A stretch of DNA of 64,000 nucleotides from Alphaproteobacteria bacterium (GTDB lineage Bacteria > Pseudomonadota > Alphaproteobacteria > UBA828), in contig CAXXVO010000009.1 in assembly GCA_963422645.2 (NCBI GenBank), positions 32,001-96,000 on the forward strand, read 5' to 3'. The notes beneath the pieces were generated by a model. The model saw only the letters and a list, made by a program, of their open reading frames with translations. It made no database searches and was not told the DNA's origin. The translations under genes were made by a program, and so were the position numbers. This document shows, one piece after another, positions 14,221-23,108 of the stretch; the stretch's first letter is position 1; every line of letters begins with the position of its first letter.

Positions 14221-14420
14221 CCGTGGCATCGCCACGGTGGAGGCGGGGACAGCGGTCGGAAGAACACGCATCCGACGAGCGGGTGCGGTGCAATTTGCCG
14301 CGCGTCCACGGCCACGGGCCGGGTACAATACGGGGTGCGGAGCCGGCCGCCGGAAGCAGTTTTGTCATCGGGAACTACGTCACCGATATAACGACGCTCA
14401 CACGTCCCCACCTCCGCCAA
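14221..14420 (-). ncRNA. Putative IS110 bridge RNA (repeated at about 15989-16188 and 17758-17957)
   Basis: Non-coding region upstream of the transposase; 15-bp closing stem 14404-14418/14236-14250; two internal hairpins flanked by target-like and donor-like segments. Confidence 0.68.
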
Positions 14421-14527
14421 TACCCATCCTGACACGGCAAATGGGTGCAAGCGCAAGGAAAACGTCAGCCGAACCGCTCCTGTTTCATGCCACGGGGTGG
14501 CTCAGAACCGCGGGGACCATGACTGTT

Positions 14528-16296
14528 TGCCGTGAAACAGATTCTGGCGAGGGACGCGCGGTGACGCTCCAACCCCGAGGTCACGGCGTTGGCTGAGACC
14601 GCCAGGGTCGGCGCGGCGGAGACGAGCGGTGGACTTCCCCGATGTGGTCCGAAGCGGTCCCGCGTAGCCGGCTGACGAGATGCGGGCCGCTCAGGCGGCC
14701 TTGAGTTCCGCGCCTACGGGCTCGATGTAGCCGTAGCGGCGGAGCATGCGGATCCACCGAGGAGCGTTGCGCTTGACCATCAGAGCGTCGTAGTCGGCCG
14801 TGCGGTCGTAGTAGGGCCTGCCGGTCTTGAGCACCACATAGATGATGCGCAGCATCTTGTGAGCGCCGGCGACGATGGCGCGCTTGTAGCCGCGCCGGGC
14901 GGCGAGGGCGCGGTGATGAGCCTCGAACTGGCACCCCTTGGTTCGGGCCGCGCCGTGGGCACACTCGACGAGGCAGGCGCGCAGGGTCTTGGAGCCCATG
15001 CGGGTGCGTGCGTTGCGGCGCTTGCCCCCGCTCTCGTTGTTGCCGGGGCAGAGCCCGGCCCAGGCGGCGAAGTGCTCCTTGGAGGCGAACACGCCGATGT
15101 CGGGGCCGATCTCGATGAGGATGGTCGAGGCGGCGGTGCGGTCGATGCCGGGGATGGTGGTCAGCAGACGGAGCTGCTCCTCCCACGGTGTCATCTGCCC
15201 GTCGATCTTCCTGGTGTAGGACGCGATGCGCGCCTCAAGCGCGTCATGCTCCTCCAGCAGGTCGTTGAGCATGAAGCGGTCGTTGTCGCCCAGGCTCAGG
15301 GTGAGCGCCTCGCCGAGCCCCTCCAGCTTGTTCGCAACGTGGCTGGTGAGCGAGGCGAGGATGACCTCGCGCGCCGTCCCCTGCGCCAGGCCGTCGAGGA
15401 TCTTCCGGCCGTTGACGCCGAAGACGTCGGAGAGGATGCCGCCGATGCGCGCACCGGCGCGGTCGATGATCTTCTGCACGCGGTTGCGCACGGCGGAGCG
15501 CTGCCTGACCAGGACGCGGCGCTGGCGGCTCAGTGCGCGCAGCTCCCGGAACGGCTCAGGCGGAACGTGGGAAGGCGTGCAGAGCCCGAACTGGCACACG
15601 CAGGCCAGCCACACGCTGTCCGCCACGTCGGTCTTGCGCCCCTTCAACTGCTTCACCTGACGCGCATGCACCAGGATCGCCTCGAGCCCGGCCGCCTCCA
15701 GGGCCGCGAAGGGCGCCTGCCAGTAGACCCCGGTCCCTTCCATCACCGCAGCCTCGACGCCGTGACCGGTCAGCCACGCGACCATCTCCTCCAGACCGCT
15801 CGGCAGCGTGCCGAAGCAGCGCGTCTCCACCACCGGCTCACCCTCGCCCTCACAGAGGCGAACCGTCGCGGTGATCTCCATCTTGTGCACGTCCAGACCC
15901 GCCGCGCGCGGCCGGACGACGTGCAAGCCTTCCGTCTTCATCGCCTTCCTCCTCATTTGCGCTCTCGCCACGGCGGCGTACGATCACGCCGTGGCATCGC
16001 CACGGTGGAGGCGGGGACAGCGGTCGGAAGAACACGCATCCGACGAGCGGGTGCGGTGCAATTTGCCGCGCGTCCACGGCCACGGGCCGGGTACAATACG
16101 GGGTGCGGAGCCGGCCGCCGGAAGCAGTTTTGTCATCGGGAACTACGTCACCGATATAACGACGCTCACACGTCCCCACCTCCGCCAATACCCATCCTGA
16201 CACGGCAAATGGGTGCAAGCGCAAGGAAAACGTCAGCCGAACCGCTCCTGTTTCATGCCACGGGGTGGCTCAGAACCGCGGGGACCATGACTGTTT
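14528..16296 (-). mobile_element. IS110 family element, copy 2 (1769 bp, one extra T at junction)
   Basis: ORF translations identical to copy 1; directly abuts copies 1 and 3. Confidence 0.92.
14691..15941 (-). CDS. IS110 family recombinase/transposase, copy 2
   Basis: Protein identical to copy 1. Confidence 0.95.
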   Translation of the reverse strand: MKTEGLHVVRPRAAGLDVHKMEITATVRLCEGEGEPVVETRCFGTLPSGLEEMVAWLTGHGVEAAVMEGTGVYWQAPFAALEAAGLEAILVHARQVKQLKGRKTDVADSVWLACVCQFGLCTPSHVPPEPFRELRALSRQRRVLVRQRSAVRNRVQKIIDRAGARIGGILSDVFGVNGRKILDGLAQGTAREVILASLTSHVANKLEGLGEALTLSLGDNDRFMLNDLLEEHDALEARIASYTRKIDGQMTPWEEQLRLLTTIPGIDRTAASTILIEIGPDIGVFASKEHFAAWAGLCPGNNESGGKRRNARTRMGSKTLRACLVECAHGAARTKGCQFEAHHRALAARRGYKRAIVAGAHKMLRIIYVVLKTGRPYYDRTADYDALMVKRNAPRWIRMLRRYGYIEPVGAELKAA

Positions 16297-18064
16297 TGCC
16301 GTGAAACAGATTCTGGCGAGGGACGCGCGGTGACGCTCCAACCCCGAGGTCACGGCGTTGGCTGAGACCGCCAGGGTCGGCGCGGCGGAGACGAGCGGTG
16401 GACTTCCCCGATGTGGTCCGAAGCGGTCCCGCGTAGCCGGCTGACGAGATGCGGGCCGCTCAGGCGGCCTTGAGTTCCGCGCCTACGGGCTCGATGTAGC
16501 CGTAGCGGCGGAGCATGCGGATCCACCGAGGAGCGTTGCGCTTGACCATCAGAGCGTCGTAGTCGGCCGTGCGGTCGTAGTAGGGCCTGCCGGTCTTGAG
16601 CACCACATAGATGATGCGCAGCATCTTGTGAGCGCCGGCGACGATGGCGCGCTTGTAGCCGCGCCGGGCGGCGAGGGCGCGGTGATGAGCCTCGAACTGG
16701 CACCCCTTGGTTCGGGCCGCGCCGTGGGCACACTCGACGAGGCAGGCGCGCAGGGTCTTGGAGCCCATGCGGGTGCGTGCGTTGCGGCGCTTGCCCCCGC
16801 TCTCGTTGTTGCCGGGGCAGAGCCCGGCCCAGGCGGCGAAGTGCTCCTTGGAGGCGAACACGCCGATGTCGGGGCCGATCTCGATGAGGATGGTCGAGGC
16901 GGCGGTGCGGTCGATGCCGGGGATGGTGGTCAGCAGACGGAGCTGCTCCTCCCACGGTGTCATCTGCCCGTCGATCTTCCTGGTGTAGGACGCGATGCGC
17001 GCCTCAAGCGCGTCATGCTCCTCCAGCAGGTCGTTGAGCATGAAGCGGTCGTTGTCGCCCAGGCTCAGGGTGAGCGCCTCGCCGAGCCCCTCCAGCTTGT
17101 TCGCAACGTGGCTGGTGAGCGAGGCGAGGATGACCTCGCGCGCCGTCCCCTGCGCCAGGCCGTCGAGGATCTTCCGGCCGTTGACGCCGAAGACGTCGGA
17201 GAGGATGCCGCCGATGCGCGCACCGGCGCGGTCGATGATCTTCTGCACGCGGTTGCGCACGGCGGAGCGCTGCCTGACCAGGACGCGGCGCTGGCGGCTC
17301 AGTGCGCGCAGCTCCCGGAACGGCTCAGGCGGAACGTGGGAAGGCGTGCAGAGCCCGAACTGGCACACGCAGGCCAGCCACACGCTGTCCGCCACGTCGG
17401 TCTTGCGCCCCTTCAACTGCTTCACCTGACGCGCATGCACCAGGATCGCCTCGAGCCCGGCCGCCTCCAGGGCCGCGAAGGGCGCCTGCCAGTAGACCCC
17501 GGTCCCTTCCATCACCGCAGCCTCGACGCCGTGACCGGTCAGCCACGCGACCATCTCCTCCAGACCGCTCGGCAGCGTGCCGAAGCAGCGCGTCTCCACC
17601 ACCGGCTCACCCTCGCCCTCACAGAGGCGAACCGTCGCGGTGATCTCCATCTTGTGCACGTCCAGACCCGCCGCGCGCGGCCGGACGACGTGCAAGCCTT
17701 CCGTCTTCATCGCCTTCCTCCTCATTTGCGCTCTCGCCACGGCGGCGTACGATCACGCCGTGGCATCGCCACGGTGGAGGCGGGGACAGCGGTCGGAAGA
17801 ACACGCATCCGACGAGCGGGTGCGGTGCAATTTGCCGCGCGTCCACGGCCACGGGCCGGGTACAATACGGGGTGCGGAGCCGGCCGCCGGAAGCAGTTTT
17901 GTCATCGGGAACTACGTCACCGATATAACGACGCTCACACGTCCCCACCTCCGCCAATACCCATCCTGACACGGCAAATGGGTGCAAGCGCAAGGAAAAC
18001 GTCAGCCGAACCGCTCCTGTTTCATGCCACGGGGTGGCTCAGAACCGCGGGGACCATGACTGTT
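16297..18064 (-). mobile_element. IS110 family element, copy 3 (1768 bp)
   Basis: Same unit; right junction gactgTTTTgtgagt. Confidence 0.92.
16460..17710 (-). CDS. IS110 family recombinase/transposase, copy 3
   Basis: Protein identical to copy 1. Confidence 0.95.
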   Translation of the reverse strand: MKTEGLHVVRPRAAGLDVHKMEITATVRLCEGEGEPVVETRCFGTLPSGLEEMVAWLTGHGVEAAVMEGTGVYWQAPFAALEAAGLEAILVHARQVKQLKGRKTDVADSVWLACVCQFGLCTPSHVPPEPFRELRALSRQRRVLVRQRSAVRNRVQKIIDRAGARIGGILSDVFGVNGRKILDGLAQGTAREVILASLTSHVANKLEGLGEALTLSLGDNDRFMLNDLLEEHDALEARIASYTRKIDGQMTPWEEQLRLLTTIPGIDRTAASTILIEIGPDIGVFASKEHFAAWAGLCPGNNESGGKRRNARTRMGSKTLRACLVECAHGAARTKGCQFEAHHRALAARRGYKRAIVAGAHKMLRIIYVVLKTGRPYYDRTADYDALMVKRNAPRWIRMLRRYGYIEPVGAELKAA

Positions 18065-18175
18065 TTGTGAGTTTGATCGGGCACCAGGATCGCGTAGGCG
18101 TTGTGGAGTTTGGCGTCGAGCAGACGATCGAAGGCATAAGCGAGGTGAACCGTGGGCCGAGCGCCCAAGCGACGT

Positions 18176-18505
18176 TCAGCCATGCCGATCCGCGTCCGAT
18201 AAAAAGCGTCTCAGCGCCCGCGCGACGATCTCCCCGATGGAGTGGCCGCTGCTCCTGGCGTGGGCTCGCAAGGTCTCCGCCAGAGTGCCTGGAATCTTGA
18301 TGGTGATCGGGATCAGCTCTTCGGTCGGCTCGGCCGGCTGGCCCATGGCGCGCGCGTCCTGGACGTAGCGATAGGACTGACGCTGCGACAGCCCGAAGCG
18401 CTGCGACAGCCGTGCCACGGCTTCGCTCGCCGTGGCGCCCTGGGCGAGCAGCGTGTAGGCGGCATTGAGCCGCTCGACCTTCTGGGATCTTGTTGACCGG
18501 ATCAT
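18176..18505 (-). CDS. Small DNA-binding protein (N-terminal HTH-like, C-terminal ribbon-helix-helix-like)
   Basis: 109 aa; LSQRFGLSQRQSYRYV and ITIKIPGTLAETLRAHA..SIGEIVARALRRFL; first gene of the recombinase element. Confidence 0.68.
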   Translation of the reverse strand: MIRSTRSQKVERLNAAYTLLAQGATASEAVARLSQRFGLSQRQSYRYVQDARAMGQPAEPTEELIPITIKIPGTLAETLRAHARSSGHSIGEIVARALRRFLSDADRHG

Positions 18506-18516
18506 TTGCCATAAGA

Positions 18517-18546
18517 ATATTACCGTTTGCGGCGCAAGTCAGTCAA
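18517..18546 (-). promoter_or_regulatory. Possible sigma70-type promoter of the recombinase element
   Basis: Minus strand TTGACT-18 nt-TAATAT in an AT-rich patch just before ATG 18505. Confidence 0.4.
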
Positions 18547-18602
18547 GGGACGGTCTCGCCATTCCACAATCTGACGTTCGAAGCGGAAGTTACCTTTTGC
18601 GT

Positions 18603-19868
18603 TCAGGGCGTCAGCGCGCAGCATGCGAGGTAATTTGCGAGGCGCGTGTTGCGCAGGACCGCGACGTTGGCGGCCCTGTACAGCTCGAAGTCGGCTTCAA
18701 GATCGGCGATCGGCGGCGGGCTGACCGCCACCGTGGGCATGATGAGAACGCCGTGCCGCCTGATCCGCGCGTGGAGACGCCCGGCGATCTCGGCAAGACC
18801 CTGCTTGGCCCGGTCGGCGTCGGTTGCTGACATCTGGGCGCCGGAGCGGATGCGCTCCTGGATGGGTGTGTAGACCAGCTCGGGCCGCGACTCGATCACG
18901 TCGTACCAAAGCGCGTGGCATTCGGCGGCGTGATAGGGGCCGAGTCGACCGACCAGCGCCTCGGCCTCATCGAACTCGGGCACCGGCGTCTCGTCGATGG
19001 TGCAGCCGGCGGCGCGCAGGCGCTCGACCGCGCCGCGTGAGGCCGCCTCCACGTGGGGATCCAGCGAGCCCCAGACGAGTGTGGTCGGGAACGCGAAACG
19101 GGTGCGCGAAACTGTGGCGCCTTCGAGGTCGGGCGCCGGGCGGTTGCCGGCGCCGAAGCGCCCGTCGAGCACGGCGAAGAGGGCGGCAGCGTCGGCCACG
19201 TCTTGGGTCAGCGGGCCGACCGTGTCCATGCTGGTGCTGAGCCCCAGCACGCCATCCAGCGGCAGCAGCCCAAAGCTCGTCTTAAGACCGACGAGTTCGT
19301 TCCACGCGGCAGGCACACGCACGGAGCCGCCCGTGTCCGAGCCGATGGCGGCGGCGGCAAGGCCGCGCGAGAGGGAGACGGCCGCGCCCGAGGACGACCC
19401 GCCGGGCAGGCGGGCGAGGGACTCGTCGAAGGGATTGGGCGGCGTGCCCAGCTTGGGATTGAGCCCGAGGATGGAGAAGGCGAACTCGCTCTGGTTGGTC
19501 TTGCCGAGGCAGACCAGGCCTGCGCGGGTGGCGCGCGCTAGAACCGTCGCATCGCGTCGGGCGACGCGGTCCGCCAGAGCCGGCGTGCCGTGGCCGGTGA
19601 TGTCGCCGGCGCTGTCGTAGAGGTCCTTCCACGAGATCGGCACGCCGTCCAGCGGCGATTGTCTGAGGCCGGTCCGGGCACGCCGGTGGGCGGCGTCGGC
19701 CTCGGCGCGGGCGCGCTCGGCGGTGAGGCGCAGGTAGATCGCGCGGTCGCCGTCGGCAGCCTCGATCCGCTCGAGGAAGAACGCGGTCAGCGCACGTGGA
19801 TCGATGGCGCGGCTCCCGATGCCTGCGCCGAGCGCAAGCGCGCTCATCCGATGCCAGTCGCCGCTCAT
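18603..19868 (-). pseudogene. Amidase signature family protein, C-terminally truncated by the recombinase element
   Basis: SWKDL, GGSSSG, IGSDTGGSVR; ends abruptly LACCALTP* with the stop inside the inverted repeat; lacks the usual GLPxGxQ-type tail. Confidence 0.8.
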
Positions 19869-20121
19869 GGCCGACCGCCTCCCGCCGCTCCCGTCTCCGC
19901 GCCCGCATTTGTAGTCGCTCCCGCGCCCCTATGACAGCCGGCGCTACAGGGCTGGACGGGGGGTGGCGCCCGCTTCCGTCGGATCGTGGGCTTTGCGCGC
20001 TTGCGCCTTCGGCGGCGCCCTCGCTAAACTCTTAACAGCAACCTGAAGATTCGGTCGGCGCGGTGCTCCACCCGTCGGCTGTTGTGCGACCTTCGAACCA
20101 CAAGCAAGGGGAGGCGGCTCG

Positions 20122-21522
20122 ATGGAGTGGTTTCACAAACGGAAGCAGACCAAGAAGCAGAAGTTCGATGAGGAGATCAAAGCCTCTGGCGGAATCGTCG
20201 ATCCGCGCAACCCGTCGCGGCGGGGCTTCATGTCGATGGCCGGCACCGCAGCCATGGGTGCGATGGGCGTGGCCGGGGCCAACACCCTGGTGCAGCTGAA
20301 CGGTGGCGCCAAGGCCGACGGCGAGCCGATCCCTGTCGGCGCCATGCTGCCCTATACCGGATGGGGCGCGGAGGATTCGCGCAACTTCGAGGCCGGCATC
20401 AACTTGGCGGTCGACGAGATCAACTCGTTCGGCGGCGTCCTCGGCCGGCCCCTCGAGGTCCATTTCGAAGACACCAAGGAGATCACCGCCGAGACGGTGA
20501 CCTCGGCCGCGCGGCGCCTGATCGACCGGCACGAGGTGCACGCCATCATCAACGGCTACAACACGTTGTCGGTGCGTGCCGAGTACGACACCGTCGCGGA
20601 TGCGGGGATCCCCTACATCCACGACAACACCCAGTACGGCCACCAGTTTTCGGTCAAGGACAATTTTGACCGCTACTATTGCATCTTCCAGGACGACCCG
20701 TCCGAGTACTATTACGGCTCGGGCCTGATCTACTTCCTGGACGAGCTGGAGAAGCTCGGCAAGTGGAAGCGGCCCAATAACCAGTTCGTGCTCTTCTCGG
20801 GCAGCATCGATTATGCAATCACCATCGCAGCGGCGATCCGCGACACGGCGCCGCAGTTCGGTTGGGATCTCGCGATCGACGATGTCGTGACCCAGCCGGT
20901 CGACGACTGGGGCCCGGCGCTGGTGCGTGCGCGGGAGATCGCCCCCGCCATCATCGCCGCGACCCACGGATTCCCGACCGATCAGACCGGCCTGGTCACC
21001 GGCTTCGCCGAGAACCCGACGAACAGCTTGGTCTACGTGCAGTACGCGCTGCAGCAGCGGGCCTTCCTCGATATCGTCAAGGAGACCGGCGAAGGCGTGT
21101 TCTGCTCGACCACGATCGGCACCCTGCAGGACGAGATCGGCAACGCCTTCTCGCGGAGGATTCGCGATCGCTGGGGTGAGGACATGACCCCGATGGTCGC
21201 GGGCCAAGTTTACGACTCTTACTATCTGTGGGCGATCGCGGCCGCCCGCGCAGGCGGCACGGGCGTGCCCTACGACGGCATCGAGCAGAACAAGAAAGTC
21301 TGCCACTTCCTCCGCGAATCGATCTATCGCGGCGTGGTAGGCACCATCCGCTTCATGTGGGGCCAGGCGGCGACGCCTTATCCGGCGGAGACCAACGACC
21401 CGTCGCTCGGCATGCCGACGATCATGATGCAGTGCCAGGATTGGACCAAGGACGTGGTCTTCGTCGGGCCGTCGCCTTACGATACGGCCGACTGGATGAC
21501 CCCGCCGTGGACCACCGGCTAG
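20122..21522 (+). CDS. ABC transporter substrate-binding protein (Liv/urea-amide type) with Tat signal
   Basis: SRRGFM twin-arginine plus hydrophobic stretch; LAVDEINSFGGVLGRPLE. Confidence 0.85.
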   Translation: MEWFHKRKQTKKQKFDEEIKASGGIVDPRNPSRRGFMSMAGTAAMGAMGVAGANTLVQLNGGAKADGEPIPVGAMLPYTGWGAEDSRNFEAGINLAVDEINSFGGVLGRPLEVHFEDTKEITAETVTSAARRLIDRHEVHAIINGYNTLSVRAEYDTVADAGIPYIHDNTQYGHQFSVKDNFDRYYCIFQDDPSEYYYGSGLIYFLDELEKLGKWKRPNNQFVLFSGSIDYAITIAAAIRDTAPQFGWDLAIDDVVTQPVDDWGPALVRAREIAPAIIAATHGFPTDQTGLVTGFAENPTNSLVYVQYALQQRAFLDIVKETGEGVFCSTTIGTLQDEIGNAFSRRIRDRWGEDMTPMVAGQVYDSYYLWAIAAARAGGTGVPYDGIEQNKKVCHFLRESIYRGVVGTIRFMWGQAATPYPAETNDPSLGMPTIMMQCQDWTKDVVFVGPSPYDTADWMTPPWTTG

Positions 21523-21574
21523 CCCCCATCACCCCGGAGGCATAAGAACAAGAGCCGGGATCACGGTCCAGCCG

Positions 21575-22381
21575 ATGGCTTCTGGGGAACGTGTACCGCT
21601 GCTGGCGTGCCGTAACGTCTTCAAGTATTTCGGCGCGCTGGCGGCGGTGAACGACTTTGATCTCGACGTACACGCAGGCGACGTGGTTGGCATCGGCGGC
21701 CCGAACGGCGCCGGCAAGACCACGTTCATCGACGTGATCTCGGGTATCAACCCGGCGACCAGCGGCGAGATCGAATTGGAGGGGCGGGATATTTCGAAGG
21801 TCCGCCCCGACCTCATCTGCCATCGCGGCATGGCCCGTACCTTCCAGCTCAATGCAGGCTTCGACTCGCTCACGATCCGCCAGAATGTGCTGATCGGCTC
21901 GGCCTTCGGGCTCGGCGACCGCGGCGTGCCGGCGGTGACCTTCTCACGGGCGATGCGCGAGCGGGTGGACCGTGCCCTTGAGCTCTGTCGGCTCACCGAT
22001 CGAGCGGAGGCGGTCGCCCGCGACGTGCCCGTGCTGGAGCGCAAGCTGCTCATGCTTGCCAGCGCGGTTGCGACCGACCCCAAGCTGCTCCTCATCGACG
22101 AGCCGGTGGGCGGACTCAACCCGCATGAAGTCGACGACGTGATGGAGATCGTCCAAGGCCTCGCCGCCGAGGGCATGACGATCATCCTGATCGAGCATGT
22201 GATGCGCTTCCTGCTCCAGATTTCGACGCGGGTCGTCATCATGCATCACGGCGAGAAGATTTATGAGGGCAACACCCAGGGGCTGCTGAGCGACCGGCGC
22301 GTCGTCGAGGTCTATCTCGGCGAGGGCACGGCGGATCGCCTGCAGCACATGTTGGCAGACCGGGCGGCCGCCAATGGCTGA
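21575..22381 (+). CDS. ABC ATP-binding protein (LivG-like)
   Basis: GPNGAGKT, RTFQ, LIDEP, IEH, VYLG. Confidence 0.9.
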   Translation: MASGERVPLLACRNVFKYFGALAAVNDFDLDVHAGDVVGIGGPNGAGKTTFIDVISGINPATSGEIELEGRDISKVRPDLICHRGMARTFQLNAGFDSLTIRQNVLIGSAFGLGDRGVPAVTFSRAMRERVDRALELCRLTDRAEAVARDVPVLERKLLMLASAVATDPKLLLIDEPVGGLNPHEVDDVMEIVQGLAAEGMTIILIEHVMRFLLQISTRVVIMHHGEKIYEGNTQGLLSDRRVVEVYLGEGTADRLQHMLADRAAANG

Positions 22382-23090
22382 GCCGCTCCTCGCCGTTCAG
22401 AACCTACATGCGGGCTACGAAGGGCTGAGAGTCCTCAGGGACGTATCCTTCGACGTGCCCGAAGGAGGGCTCATCACTCTCCTCGGCCCCAACGGGCACG
22501 GCAAGACCACACTGCTGCGGTGCATCGCCGGTCTCCTCAGGCCGAGCGCCGGCCGGATTGAGTTAGCGGGACGGCGGATCGAAGGCGCCGAGGCGGAGAC
22601 CGTGGTCGGGCTCGGCGTCGTCCTGATCCCGCAGGGCGACATGCTCTTCCCGGACATGAGCGTCTACGACAATCTCAGGATGGGAGCCTACCTGCCCCGG
22701 GTGCGCAAGACATTCGAGCAGGATGTCGAGAATATCTACACGATCCTGCCCCGGCTGAAGGAGCGCACGACGCAGCTCGCGCGCACCCTCTCGGGCGGTG
22801 AGCGCCGGATGCTTGCCATCGGCCGCGGCCTGCTCTCGGGCGGGCGCATTCTGATGATCGACGAGCCCTCGTTGGGCTTGGCCCCAATCGTTATCGACCA
22901 GATCTACGAGATCATCTCCGACCTCAAGGCGTCGGGGCGCACGATCCTCCTGGTGGAGGAGAATGCGAGCCGGATCATCGACATCGCCGACCGCATCCAT
23001 CTGCTCGACACCGGCACAATCGTCTGGGCTGGTAACGGCGAGGAGCTGCATTCCAACCAGCAGATCCTCGAGACATACCTCGGCGGCTGA
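22374..23090 (+). CDS. ABC ATP-binding protein (LivF-like)
   Basis: GPNGHGKT, LSGGE, DEPSLGLAP, YLG. Confidence 0.9.
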   Translation: MAEPLLAVQNLHAGYEGLRVLRDVSFDVPEGGLITLLGPNGHGKTTLLRCIAGLLRPSAGRIELAGRRIEGAEAETVVGLGVVLIPQGDMLFPDMSVYDNLRMGAYLPRVRKTFEQDVENIYTILPRLKERTTQLARTLSGGERRMLAIGRGLLSGGRILMIDEPSLGLAPIVIDQIYEIISDLKASGRTILLVEENASRIIDIADRIHLLDTGTIVWAGNGEELHSNQQILETYLGG

Positions 23091-23108
23091 CGGCATCGGC
23101 GACGCACA

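Larger units (their letters stand above)
12760..14527 (-). mobile_element. IS110 family element, copy 1 (1768 bp)
   Basis: Repeat unit tgccgtgaaacag...ggggaccatgactgtt; left junction ccgggaTTTgccgtg; no long terminal IR and no TSD. Confidence 0.92.
12672..18183 (-). pseudogene. Small 68-aa accessory ORF of the recombinase element, split by the IS110 array
   Basis: Joining 18183-18065 with 12759-12672 gives MAERRLGARPTVHLAYAFDRLLDAKLHNAYAILVPDQTHKIPVRAQDIGDDHEDRSHLRAGLRRAAER*, overlapping both neighbouring genes. Confidence 0.6.
11074..18612 (-). mobile_element. Large serine recombinase element with terminal inverted repeats (about 2.2 kb without the IS110 array)
   Basis: Left end GACGCCCTGAACGCAAAAGGCAACCT; right end reverse complement GACGCCCTGAACGCAAAAGGTAACTT; host genes broken at both ends; exact boundary uncertain by a few bp. 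Confidence 0.85.

Noticed and set aside
13091-14596. Long antisense ORFs over IS110 and many other genes
   Set aside because: Shadow ORFs expected from high-GC codon bias; no recognisable motifs
12758-18064. CRISPR-like or satellite repeat array
   Set aside because: Units are whole 1.77-kb IS elements with no variable spacers; no CRISPR array or cas gene seen in the window
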